From NCBI GenBank assembly GCA_039028735.1, contig JBCCHQ010000016.1, positions 1,758 to 65,757 of the forward strand: 64,000 nucleotides of DNA, read 5' to 3'. The notes below the pieces were generated by a model. It was not told where the DNA came from. It searched no databases and was given only the letters and a program-made list of their open reading frames with translations. The translations under genes were made by a program, and so were the position numbers. Shown in pieces: positions 47,594 through 57,220 of the stretch (position 1 is the stretch's first letter; each line of letters opens with the position of its first letter). The DNA comes from Planctomycetota bacterium. Its GTDB lineage: Bacteria > Planctomycetota > UBA8108 > UBA1146 > JAJFFE01.

Positions 47594-48651
47594 CGACCGC
47601 TTCGCCTGCGCTACCGGCCGGGGCTGCGCACTTCGCACGCATGCATGGCTTCGACCCCGCCACCTGCAAGCAGGTCCCCGGCGGCCGCAACAATCGCGTC
47701 TACCGGGTCGAGGCTACCGACGGCGCGCCAGCCGCGCTGAAGCTCTACTTTCAGCATCCCGAAGATCACCGCGACCGCTGGCACTCGGAGGCAACCTTCC
47801 TCGACTACGCGACCGGGCGCGGCATCGCCGCGGTGCCGCGCGTGATTGCCCGTGAGCGCACGGTAGCCGCGACGCTCCTCGAGTGGATCGATGGCGACGC
47901 AATGACGACGGCCATGTTGCGGCCGTCACACGTGGAGGCTGCCGTCGCGTTACTTGCGGACCTCAATCCAGCCTCAGGCCCGAACCAACACCAGAACCAA
48001 CACCAAGACGATGTTGTGCTACCCAGCGCTGCGGAAGCCTGTTTTTCGCGCGCCACACACTGCGCGATGGTCACGAACCGCGTTGCAGCGCTCGTCGAAA
48101 CAGCACGCAGCGACGCAATCGCCCCCGACCTAAGCGACTTCATCGGGCGAGAACTCGCGCCCGCAACGCAGACCCTCGTGGATCGAATCGCGGCGCTGCC
48201 CGGCGCTCATACAGAGCCGCTACCTGCGGCTGGCCGCTGCGTTTCGCCGTCGGATCTCGGCTTTCACAACGCGCTGATCGATCGCGCGGGTCGGGTGCGC
48301 TTCGTCGACTTCGAGTACGCGGGCTGGGACGATCCGGCCAAGCTGATCTGCGACTTCTGGCTGCAGCCACAGTGCCCGATCGATCCGACTTGGCGCGCGC
48401 CGTTCGCTACACAGGTGGCCGAGTGGCTCGGCGACGCCGGGCACGGTGCACCCGACGCGCTGCTCCAGAGGGTCGCGCAGTTGGCGCCGCTGTACGCGCT
48501 GAAGTGGTGCTGCATCGTGTTGAATCCACTGCTTGCGGTCGCACGGGAACGCCGCCGCTTCGCTGGCAACGACGAAGCCGAGCAGCTCGCAACGGCGCGA
48601 CGGCTGCTGGGAGAGGCGGAGCAGCTGGCGTCCACAGACCCATTGCTGTAG
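47590..48651 (+). CDS. Aminoglycoside/choline-kinase-family phosphotransferase (APH-like)
   Basis: QVPGGRNNRVYRV N-lobe, HNALIDRAGRVRFVDFEYAGWDDP (HxDxxxxN...D catalytic/Brenner motifs). ATGA overlap with HAD. Confidence 0.65.
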   Translation: MTTASPALPAGAAHFARMHGFDPATCKQVPGGRNNRVYRVEATDGAPAALKLYFQHPEDHRDRWHSEATFLDYATGRGIAAVPRVIARERTVAATLLEWIDGDAMTTAMLRPSHVEAAVALLADLNPASGPNQHQNQHQDDVVLPSAAEACFSRATHCAMVTNRVAALVETARSDAIAPDLSDFIGRELAPATQTLVDRIAALPGAHTEPLPAAGRCVSPSDLGFHNALIDRAGRVRFVDFEYAGWDDPAKLICDFWLQPQCPIDPTWRAPFATQVAEWLGDAGHGAPDALLQRVAQLAPLYALKWCCIVLNPLLAVARERRRFAGNDEAEQLATARRLLGEAEQLASTDPLL

Positions 48652-48658
48652 GGGCAGC

Positions 48659-49024
48659 CTAGTAGCGGGGCTGATACAGCTGGATCGAGAAGTCGCCGGG
48701 CGCCTTGAAGAACGTGACTAATCCGTAACCGTGGTCTTCGACGGGGCCATCGAACTCGACCGCCTTACCTTGCAACTCGGCGACCGTCGCTTCGATGTCT
48801 TCGCAATAGAAGGAGATCGACTGCGTCCCGGACGGATGCCCGCCGTCTTCCGTTGGGTGCACGCCCATGTCCGCCTCTGGAACATCGAAGATCAGCCAAC
48901 CTTCTCCGATGTCACGGGCCGCAAACCCCAGCTTGTCACGCAAGAACTGCCGTAGCTCAGCCGCTTGCGACGAGTAGAACATCGTGTGCACACCTTTGAT
49001 CGCCATCTTGAAAGAGCCTTCCAT
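48659..49024 (-). CDS. VOC/glyoxalase-family protein
   Basis: Small beta-alpha-beta-beta-beta fold pattern (IKGVHTMFY..., GVHPTEDGGHPSGTQSISFYCEDIEATVAEL). Confidence 0.55.
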   Translation of the reverse strand: MEGSFKMAIKGVHTMFYSSQAAELRQFLRDKLGFAARDIGEGWLIFDVPEADMGVHPTEDGGHPSGTQSISFYCEDIEATVAELQGKAVEFDGPVEDHGYGLVTFFKAPGDFSIQLYQPRY

Positions 49025-49120
49025 CGCAGCAGTGGCCAGAGAGCGCAGAAATCGAAACGAAAAAAACGGGGTCGTCACCGAGCTGCGGTGCCGACCCCGT
49101 TGAATTCTAGAAGCTCCTGC

Positions 49121-50521
49121 TTACGGACAGGAGTTGAACTGGTCGCAGATCGCACCTGGCAGCGGAGCGCAGCTCGGGAACGGGGCCGCCGGTGCGGCGC
49201 CGCTCAAGAACAGGAAGCTGAACAGGTAAGAGACGTCGGCGACGTTGATCGTGCCGTCGCTGTTGGCGTCGCAGGCTTCCTCGCAAGGTCCTTCCGGGCC
49301 CTGCAGCGGCAGCGCCAAGTAGCCGTTGATCAGCCAGATGGGGTCGGCAATGTTGACCGAACCGGTGTCGTTGCAGTCGCCGCGGACAAAGTCGAGCGTG
49401 ACCAGCGGATCCAGCGTAACGGTGATGTCTTGCAGGTCGAGGAAGCGCATTTCGGCAAGGTCACGGTCGCCGCAGATCAGCGTCACGCTGGTCCCGACAC
49501 CACCGACTTCACCGAATGCGATCGACGTAACCGTGTTGCTGGTCGTTCCGGCCAGCGACGACGTGTCGACGGTGTAGTCGACCGTGAACGCGGCCTGGCC
49601 GGTCCATGCCAACAGGTCCGGCGTGTACGGAAGCACCGGGATCATCGGCAGCATCGTGTTCAAGCAGTCGACCGAGATTCCGTCGGGCTGGATGTTCGTC
49701 AGAAAGATATCAGCGCCAGCCGCACCGTTCAGGGTGTCGAGGTGCGTGCCGGCCGTGATCGAAGTCGCGGTCAAGAACGCCGGGTCGTGCGTCAGCGAGA
49801 TCACAAAGCCAGCCGTGTCACCGAGCATCGTGTTCGTGCCGCTCTGGGTGATCTTCACATCTCGGGAGAACGTGCAGTTCGTCAGGCAAGTACCTGCAGT
49901 ACCGTCGTAGTCGACAACAACATCGCTACTGCCCAGCGCCCACAGCGCGTTCCCCGGCAGATACGTCACGGTGCCGTCTACGGTCTCGAGGGTACCTGGT
50001 CCGACCGGTACGGACGTACCCGCGCAACAAACGACAACGGCCTCTACGGGCGGATTTCCGACCGTCGAGCAAATCGTCGTCGTCGAGGTCGTCCCGGCCG
50101 TGCCGGCGTCGGCAATGTAGGTCACGTTGGCCACCACGTGCGACTCGCCGGCGGGGAAGAAGAAGAAACCGTTCTGATCGATCACGACTCCCTGCGCGGC
50201 GCCGTCGACCGATCCCGGAACATTGACTGCACGATCGTCGACGGTCTCGTTCAGAAAGAACAGCGGACCGATCAATCCGAGGTCCAGCGTGAACTGCGTC
50301 GACGTGATCGCACAGACGTCGCTCTTCGTGTTGTCGTGGCAGATACTGTACGACCAGCCGCCGACGTTGTCGGTCGTGTTGTGGGTCAGCGTCACGGCGA
50401 GGTTGTAGAACAAACCTTCCGTGGCGTCCGCGTCGCTGATCGACATCTGATACTGAAACGTTCCAGCGAACGAGGTACTACAGCAGAGCAAAACGATGCT
50501 TGCAGCGATCGTACTCTTCAT
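49121..50521 (-). CDS. Secreted protein with C-terminal dockerin-like module
   Basis: GGGGAGAAG RBS. Signal peptide MKSTIAASIVLLCCSTSFA. C-terminus DCNDTGSVNIADPIWLINGYL...CDANSDGTINVADVSYLFSFLF plus Cys tail CDQFNSCP. Confidence 0.7.
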   Translation of the reverse strand: MKSTIAASIVLLCCSTSFAGTFQYQMSISDADATEGLFYNLAVTLTHNTTDNVGGWSYSICHDNTKSDVCAITSTQFTLDLGLIGPLFFLNETVDDRAVNVPGSVDGAAQGVVIDQNGFFFFPAGESHVVANVTYIADAGTAGTTSTTTICSTVGNPPVEAVVVCCAGTSVPVGPGTLETVDGTVTYLPGNALWALGSSDVVVDYDGTAGTCLTNCTFSRDVKITQSGTNTMLGDTAGFVISLTHDPAFLTATSITAGTHLDTLNGAAGADIFLTNIQPDGISVDCLNTMLPMIPVLPYTPDLLAWTGQAAFTVDYTVDTSSLAGTTSNTVTSIAFGEVGGVGTSVTLICGDRDLAEMRFLDLQDITVTLDPLVTLDFVRGDCNDTGSVNIADPIWLINGYLALPLQGPEGPCEEACDANSDGTINVADVSYLFSFLFLSGAAPAAPFPSCAPLPGAICDQFNSCP

Positions 50522-50836
50522 GACTTCTCCCCTTCGTACGCAGTGCCCACACGGCCGTAACGGCAAGACCCGCTACGGGGAAGGCCTGTGATTTCTTTGC
50601 CCCGTCGAATTTACACGTTAGATAGTAAGATTCGCCCGTTTGCCAGGACCGCTGCTTCGGCTCACGCCCCCGGCGCCGGTTGGCGCAGGTGGGTGGTTGC
50701 CGACGAAATGCGCGGCCGCGGCTGCCATCTCATCCCAACATCTGGCCCGATTCTGCCATCGCGGTAGCAGCCTGTCCAGGATCCGCTCCGCTCCCAAAGG
50801 GTTTTCCTGCCGCAGGTAACGCAAACACAGCCCGGG

Positions 50837-51706
50837 CTAGCCCAACGCGAGCTGCCAACGCCGCAGCACCTGGGCGTAGTGCGCCCGCAGCGCCACGAGA
50901 GCCACCCGCCAGAACGGGGCCAGCGAGTGGCGTCGGCGCCAGACCGCCGCCAGATCGCCCCCAGGAGGCGCCAGGGTTCGCAGCAGCTTGGCCCGCCACC
51001 GCCAGCGACCGCTGACGCTCTGGCGGGTACGTTGGTGCTCGCCATCGATCAGGCGCACCTTCTTGCGCCGCAACTCGTGCCAGGTCTTGCGCGCTGGGTG
51101 GGCGACGACTGCGTCGGCGCAGTACTGGACCCGCACACCCTGAGCCCGGGCCCGCTGCCCCCACTCGAGGTCCCCGCCAGACAGCAGCTGCGCGTCGAAC
51201 GTGCCAACTGCCGCGAACAGTTCACGACGCACGAACAGGTTCGCGGTCACGCCGTAGCCAGCGCGCACGTACTGCTGCTGCGGGAACGCGGTGGCAAGTT
51301 CGTAGGATTCGATCGGGTCCGGCGTCCCTGCGGCGTCCGCTGCCGACGCAAAGACGCGCACCCGCCCCGCAACCAAACCGGTTTCGCCAACCGCGCTACT
51401 GCCACGAGCCAACCAAGACCGCTCGGGAATACAGTCCGCGTCGGTAAACGCAATCAGCTCACCACGCGCCGCCTCGATCCCACGGTTCCGGGCCGCGTAC
51501 GAACCGCTCTCCGGAGCGTTCAGCGCGCGCGCAAACGGGTACTCCGCCACCACGCGTGCAGCCGGGTCACGCGAAGCGTTGTCGACGACGAGAACCTCGA
51601 CATCGCTCAAGCCCCCTTCTTGGTGACTGAGTGCGTCGAGGCACGTGCGCAATCGGTCGGGATCGTCACGCACTGGAATAACAACTGAAACGCGGGGCGT
51701 CCCCAC
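50837..51706 (-). CDS. Family 2 glycosyltransferase
   Basis: VSVVIPVRDDPDRL, VVDNASRD, DADC (DxD-like) motifs. Confidence 0.75.
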   Translation of the reverse strand: MGTPRVSVVIPVRDDPDRLRTCLDALSHQEGGLSDVEVLVVDNASRDPAARVVAEYPFARALNAPESGSYAARNRGIEAARGELIAFTDADCIPERSWLARGSSAVGETGLVAGRVRVFASAADAAGTPDPIESYELATAFPQQQYVRAGYGVTANLFVRRELFAAVGTFDAQLLSGGDLEWGQRARAQGVRVQYCADAVVAHPARKTWHELRRKKVRLIDGEHQRTRQSVSGRWRWRAKLLRTLAPPGGDLAAVWRRRHSLAPFWRVALVALRAHYAQVLRRWQLALG

Positions 51707-51894
51707 GATGGTCCCCTTTGTGTTCAGGCCTTCAATTCAGGGCGTTGTGTGTTTGAGCCGTGGCACGAGTGCCAAACTCCACACGACCCACCGGCCCATA
51801 CTGCCGTGACTGCCTCCGGCGAACCACCCCAGAGCACGCAACCGCTCTTGTTCCCGCGGAGACTCTACGGTATCTCGATCGGCGAGGAGGAACC

Positions 51895-52548
51895 GTGACC
51901 GAGATCAACCTGCTAGACCGCTACCCACGATCGCAACGTCCGATCGAAGAGCGTGGCTCGGTGATTACCGAAGAGATCCGCCGCGTCGCTCGCCAATACG
52001 GCGAGGAGTTCTTCGACGGCGACCGGCTCTATGGGTACGGCGGCTACAGCTACGACGGTCGCTGGGTACCGATCGCAGAGCGCATCCGCGACTACTACGG
52101 ACTCACGGGCACTTCAACCGTGCTAGACATTGGCTGCGCGAAGGGGTTCTTGATGCACGACCTCGAACAGGTCGTGCCCGGCCTCCGCAGTTATGGCGTC
52201 GACGTGTCGCACTATGCAATTCACCACGGAATGGAGGAAGTGAAGCCGCGTTTGGCCGTCGCCGACGCCTCGCGCCTCCCGTTTCCCGACGATTCGTTCG
52301 ATGTCGTGCTCTCGATCAACTCGCTCCACAACTTGCCGGCTGCAGCCTGTCGTGAGTCACTGCGCGAAGTCATGCGAGTCAGCCGCGGTCAGGCATTCGT
52401 CACCGTCGACGCCTGGCGCGACGAACCAGAACGGCAGCGCCTGATGCAGTGGATGCTGACGGCAGAGACCTACATGAGCGTCGACGACTGGAAGCAGTTT
52501 TTTGGCGACGCCGGGTATACCGGCGACTTCTACTGGTTCTTCCCCTGA
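51895..52548 (+). CDS. Class I SAM-dependent methyltransferase
   Basis: GGAGG RBS then GTG. VLDIGCAKGFLMHDL (motif I), DVVLSINSLHNL. Confidence 0.7.
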   Translation: MTEINLLDRYPRSQRPIEERGSVITEEIRRVARQYGEEFFDGDRLYGYGGYSYDGRWVPIAERIRDYYGLTGTSTVLDIGCAKGFLMHDLEQVVPGLRSYGVDVSHYAIHHGMEEVKPRLAVADASRLPFPDDSFDVVLSINSLHNLPAAACRESLREVMRVSRGQAFVTVDAWRDEPERQRLMQWMLTAETYMSVDDWKQFFGDAGYTGDFYWFFP

Positions 52549-52674
52549 TCGCGCTCGCGGTAACGAATTCGTGCACCGCCGTGGTTTTCGGGGTGACGGT
52601 GCGCACTTCGGTCCGGTATCTTCCTAGCGATACGCCACCGCGACCACACCCACCGCTTGGAGATCAGGAGATCG

Positions 52675-53901
52675 ATGTCCCCACCAACCATTCCGCGCCG
52701 CGCGGATCTCGTCATCTTGGGGGCCGGACCCGCTGGGATCGAAGCCGCGTTGGCCGCGCGCGAGCACGGCTTCGAGCCCGTCGTCCTGGAAGCCGATACA
52801 GTCGGCGCGTCGCTGCATCGGTGGGGGCACGTGCGCCTGTTCACGTCTTGGGCGCTGAACCTCTCTGATCGCGGTCGCGAGGCACTGCTCGCAGCCGGGC
52901 AGCCGGTGCCCGCCGCGGACAAGTTCCCGACCGGGCGTGAGGTGGTCACAAGCTACCTGCAACCGCTGGCCGACGGCCCGTTACAAGATCACGTCTTCTG
53001 CGGCACACGAGCTCTGGCCGTCAGCCGAGGGAAGATGCTGAAGGGGGAACGGATCGGCGACCCCGCTCGTTGTGACCAACGGTTCCGCGTGGTGTGGCGC
53101 CGCAACCACAAAGAGGGTGTCTTGGAGACTCCAATCTTGATCGACGCGACCGGCGTCTATCAGACCCCAACGGCTACAGGGGCTGGCGGCGTTGCAGCGC
53201 CGGGCGAACGGGACGCGGCAGCGTTCATCACCCGACATATCCCCGACGTTCTCGCTGTAGACGCAAACTGGAGCGGGCGGCTGATGGTGATTGGTAGCGG
53301 CTACTCAGCAGCAACCGTGCTGCACGATCTGCAGTCGCTGGCGCAGCGCGATGAATCGATTCACGTGACCTGGCTGCTGCGCGGAGATCGCGAAGAGCCG
53401 CTACGCCGGATCGCAGATGATCCGTTGCCGCAACGCCAAGCACTAACTGAGGAAGCGAATGCCCTCGCCGCACGACCACCCGCATGGTTGACTGTCGAAC
53501 GCAACGCAACTGTCGAAGCCTTCGCGAGCGATGTCGACGATGTGACCGTCACCTACCAGCAGCAAGATGAGCTGCGCACCTGCACCGTCGATCGTGTGAT
53601 TTCGCTGACAGGGTATCGCCCCGACCCAGAGCTCCTGCGGGAACTGCAAGTGCACCACTGCTGGGCGACCGATGGTTTGATGAAACTCTCTGCAGAACTC
53701 CTCGGAGCCGCGAGTGGCGGCGATTGCTTGGCACAAGGCAGCGGCGGCGCGGCAACGCTGCTGAATCCAGAACCGAATCTATTCGTGATTGGCAACAAAT
53801 CGTACGGGCGCCTGTCGACGTACTTGCTGCGCAGCGGCCGTGAGCAGATCGAGCACGTCTTCACAACGCTACTGAGCCAACCGGAAGGACAACGCACGTG
53901 A
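52675..53901 (+). CDS. FAD/NAD(P)-binding oxidoreductase (flavin monooxygenase-like)
   Basis: AGGAGA RBS. DLVILGAGPAGIEAALAAREHG, second dinucleotide motif LMVIGSGYSAATV. Confidence 0.65.
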   Translation: MSPPTIPRRADLVILGAGPAGIEAALAAREHGFEPVVLEADTVGASLHRWGHVRLFTSWALNLSDRGREALLAAGQPVPAADKFPTGREVVTSYLQPLADGPLQDHVFCGTRALAVSRGKMLKGERIGDPARCDQRFRVVWRRNHKEGVLETPILIDATGVYQTPTATGAGGVAAPGERDAAAFITRHIPDVLAVDANWSGRLMVIGSGYSAATVLHDLQSLAQRDESIHVTWLLRGDREEPLRRIADDPLPQRQALTEEANALAARPPAWLTVERNATVEAFASDVDDVTVTYQQQDELRTCTVDRVISLTGYRPDPELLRELQVHHCWATDGLMKLSAELLGAASGGDCLAQGSGGAATLLNPEPNLFVIGNKSYGRLSTYLLRSGREQIEHVFTTLLSQPEGQRT

Positions 53902-54809
53902 CCGACGTCGCTCCCATGCCGGCCCCACTACTCGCTCCCGGTGACCTCGACGTGTTGTGGTTCCAAGTCGGAGGCACGCTGTGCAACCTGAAGTGCGAGC
54001 ACTGTTTCATCTCATGCTCGCCGACCAACGACCACCTCGGCCGGATGTCACTGGCCGAAATGGAACCCTACCTGCAACAAGCCGCGCGCCTCGGGGTGCG
54101 GGAATACTATCTGACCGGCGGCGAACCGTTCATCGTCAAAGAACTGGAAGACATCATTGCGCGGATCCTCGAGCAAGGCCCGGTCAGCGTATTGACGAAC
54201 GGGATCTTGATCACCGAAGAACGCGCGCAGCGGCTGGCTGCCGTACGCGATGCTGCTCGCTATTCTCTGGAGCTGCGCGTGTCCCTCGACGGCTGCACGG
54301 CCGAAGAGAACGATCCGATCCGCGGACGCGGGACTTTCGAGAAGGCGTTACGCGGCGTCGAGCGTTTGGTCGAGAGAGGTTTCCTGCCGATCATCACTGC
54401 CGCCCAGATGTGGGAGCCAGAGCGCGACCAAGAAGTCTTGGCTGGCTTCGTTGCCGAACTGAAACGCCGCAACTACGACCGCCCGCGCATCAAGATCCTG
54501 CCGCGCCTCAAGATCGGCGCCGAGGCAGAACGCAACGAGGGATACAGCGACGCGGAACGCATCACCCAGGACATGCTCGACCACTATGACCCGGCGCTGT
54601 TGCAGTGTCATTCGAGTCGCATGATCAGCGATCGCGGCGTTCATATCTGCCCGATTCTCGTCGACGACCCTCGCAGCGAAATGGGGGATGACCTCGAGGC
54701 CAGCTTGCGTCCGTTCCCGCTGGAGCCAAACGCCTGCTACACCTGCTGGCTGTACGGCAACATCTGCTCCAACACATCGAGTGCCGTAGGCTTTGGAGAG
54801 GCAACTTGA
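53898..54809 (+). CDS. Radical SAM enzyme (possible SPASM/twitch-like C-terminal Cys cluster)
   Basis: CNLKCEHCF CxxxCxxC. GGEPF motif. C-terminal CPILVDD...CYTCWLYGNIC. ATGA-type overlap with the upstream gene. Confidence 0.75.
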   Translation: MTDVAPMPAPLLAPGDLDVLWFQVGGTLCNLKCEHCFISCSPTNDHLGRMSLAEMEPYLQQAARLGVREYYLTGGEPFIVKELEDIIARILEQGPVSVLTNGILITEERAQRLAAVRDAARYSLELRVSLDGCTAEENDPIRGRGTFEKALRGVERLVERGFLPIITAAQMWEPERDQEVLAGFVAELKRRNYDRPRIKILPRLKIGAEAERNEGYSDAERITQDMLDHYDPALLQCHSSRMISDRGVHICPILVDDPRSEMGDDLEASLRPFPLEPNACYTCWLYGNICSNTSSAVGFGEAT

Positions 54810-55606
54810 GCCGCGAACTGAACAAGGTCGCGCTGTTTGGCGGCGTCTACTCGAACTACCATTCTCTGGTTGCCGTCGTCGAGGATGCACAGCGTCGTGG
54901 TTGCGACGCGATGTACTGCCTGGGTGACATCGGCGCCTTTGGGCCTCACCCCGATCGCGTGTTCCCGGTGCTGGTCGACAATGCCATCGCAACCGTGCAA
55001 GGGAACTACGACCATTCGATCGGCAACCGTCGCGACGACTGTGCGTGCGGCTATACCGACCCCCGAGACAACCACTTCGCCCGGTTGTCATACGCCTACA
55101 CGTTCGAACGAACTGCCGATCGTTGGAAGGACTGGATGCGCGACCTCCCGCCCGAGATCCGCATCGAGGTCGGAGGGCGCCGAGTGCTGCTGTGCCATGG
55201 TTCCCCGCGACGCACCAACGAGTTCCTGTGGCAGAGCACGACCCCCGACCCATTCATCGATCGGCTGTTTCGCGACCACTCAGCGGACGCGATTGCGTGC
55301 ACCCACAGCGGGCTGCACTGGCAGCAACAAGTTCAGGGTGGGTTACTCGTGAACGTCGGTGTGATCGGCCGCCCCGAAAACGATGGAACGACGGCTGTCG
55401 GCTACATGATTCTCGAAACCGACCGGGATGCGCCTTCCGGTCTCCGGGCGCAGTACGTACCGGTGACCTACGACTACCAAACATTGGCTGCGGAGATGCG
55501 CGCAGAAGGGTTGCCAGAAGAGTTCGTGGCGACGATCGAGACCGGTTGGTGGACGAGCTGCCTGGAGATCCTACCGGTGAAAGAACGGCTGTGCGGCCGC
55601 TTCTGA
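54806..55606 (+). CDS. Calcineurin-like metallophosphoesterase
   Basis: VALFGGVYSNYHSL, CLGDIGAFGP, GNYDHS, CHGSP, THSG motifs. Overlapping start with the radical SAM stop. Confidence 0.75.
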   Translation: MSRELNKVALFGGVYSNYHSLVAVVEDAQRRGCDAMYCLGDIGAFGPHPDRVFPVLVDNAIATVQGNYDHSIGNRRDDCACGYTDPRDNHFARLSYAYTFERTADRWKDWMRDLPPEIRIEVGGRRVLLCHGSPRRTNEFLWQSTTPDPFIDRLFRDHSADAIACTHSGLHWQQQVQGGLLVNVGVIGRPENDGTTAVGYMILETDRDAPSGLRAQYVPVTYDYQTLAAEMRAEGLPEEFVATIETGWWTSCLEILPVKERLCGRF

Positions 55607-55664
55607 CCGCCTGCAGGCCCAGAGGTTCGCAACATCCCCTGTTTGGCTACGACGCTACGTTCGG

Positions 55665-56045
55665 CTACGACGCTACGATGCTCGGCACGCGCCGAGTCGT
55701 CGCCAACTCCATCTTCTCCAGCTGATCGAGAAGCTCGTCGGCGGTCGTCACCGGCTTCAGCAGATAACCGTGACCGCCGCGCCGTAGACTGCTGACGATG
55801 TGCTCGACATCTTCGCGCTGGGTCGTCACGAGCGTGCGGCCACCATGTTGGTGCACTCGCTCCAGTAGCGCGATGGCTTCCGCGGGACCATCGACGTCGA
55901 TCGTGACCAGGTCGTAGTCGTTCTTGCGATAGTAGCGGTGCGCTTCGGCGACGTTGTCGACCGTGACACAAGTGCCAATCGAGGAGAGCACGTCAGTGAG
56001 GACGCCACGGGTGACTACATCGGTTTCGAAGATGAGGAAGCGCAT
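55665..56045 (-). CDS. Stand-alone response-regulator receiver domain protein
   Basis: CheY-like fold: acidic pocket, DLVTIDVD phospho-acceptor region, conserved K (YLLKP). Confidence 0.5.
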   Translation of the reverse strand: MRFLIFETDVVTRGVLTDVLSSIGTCVTVDNVAEAHRYYRKNDYDLVTIDVDGPAEAIALLERVHQHGGRTLVTTQREDVEHIVSSLRRGGHGYLLKPVTTADELLDQLEKMELATTRRVPSIVAS

Positions 56046-56175
56046 AAAGCCGCCTTGCGGGCAGTCGTTTCCCCTCTGCCGGTGAGCACGTGGGCGATTC
56101 AGAGGGCGCCCATCCCTACGAATAAGAGTGCCATCCCCGGGCGCTTCGCGCCAACAGGAGGCAAGCGGCGAGTTC

Positions 56176-57216
56176 CTAGTCCAGCCCGAAGCGGTAGCGG
56201 ACTCCGACGACGACGATCGAGACGAAGCTGCGATCGTCGACTTCCTCCAGTCGGATGTCGAAGCCAGGAGGCGCATCCGGCGCAGCGGGCGCCTTCTTTC
56301 CCGGAAGCTCGCGTGTCGTGGCTTGCGGATCGAGGCTCTTCAGGCGCGCCTCGACACCGGCGAGACGTGCTTCGAGGCGGCGCAGTTCGGCTTTCTCGGC
56401 CCCCGCACGCTGCCGCCGAGACAGCTCTTGCTGCATCTCGCGCCGATCGTCGAGCAGCGTGAGGTACTGTTTGTCATCGAGCCGCAGACGCGGCGTGGCG
56501 CCCCCGAGCAGCAGCGTCAATTGCAGCGGGTTGCCGCCGCTGCTGCGGCGCAGCTCGCCGAGAGCCAACTCCCGCGGCAAGATCGCGAGACGCGGGAAAT
56601 CGAAGCTACTCAAGCGGTAGCCGCCGGCTTCACTCGTGCGCCGATGTACCGGGCGAAAATCTCCCTGAAACAACACCGCACCCCAACGCACCTGCAACGA
56701 TCCGATCTCTTCTTTGTCCCCGTGGACCGCCGACAGCGAGATGACGATCCCGCCATCTCCCGGCTCGTTGTAGTGACCCAACGTCAGTGCCAAGCGACGC
56801 GGGCTGCCCCCGCGCACGGGCTGCAACCGCAAGAACGGCTGCAGATCATCGTCGACAACGATCCCCAGGCGGTACTCTCCTGGCGCAAGTACTTGCTCGC
56901 CCCACAACACCGGCAGCGCAACCCGAAAGCGCGCGACGCGTGGGATCAGCAATTCCTTCGGACGCGACAGGTCGGGAGGAAGCGGTGTGCCGGAGGGGCG
57001 TTCGTGAGTGGCCTCGAACTTCATACCCAACAGCTGCATCGTCGAACGCACCAACGTCGGCTGCGGCGTGGGCTTCTTCTTCGTGGCTTGGGGCGCGCGC
57101 GAGGATGGAGCTTGTGCACGGACGTCCGTCGACAGCGCTCCCAGCAGCATCGCGAAAGCAAGGACGCCCAGTCGGCACAACAAGTGACGACGGCGGTAAG
57201 CGATCGGTGTCGCCAT
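56176..57216 (-). CDS. Secreted hypothetical protein with C-terminal coiled coil
   Basis: Signal peptide LGVLAFAMLLGALSTDVRAQA. No recognisable domain. Confidence 0.35.
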   Translation of the reverse strand: MATPIAYRRRHLLCRLGVLAFAMLLGALSTDVRAQAPSSRAPQATKKKPTPQPTLVRSTMQLLGMKFEATHERPSGTPLPPDLSRPKELLIPRVARFRVALPVLWGEQVLAPGEYRLGIVVDDDLQPFLRLQPVRGGSPRRLALTLGHYNEPGDGGIVISLSAVHGDKEEIGSLQVRWGAVLFQGDFRPVHRRTSEAGGYRLSSFDFPRLAILPRELALGELRRSSGGNPLQLTLLLGGATPRLRLDDKQYLTLLDDRREMQQELSRRQRAGAEKAELRRLEARLAGVEARLKSLDPQATTRELPGKKAPAAPDAPPGFDIRLEEVDDRSFVSIVVVGVRYRFGLD

Positions 57217-57220
57217 TATC

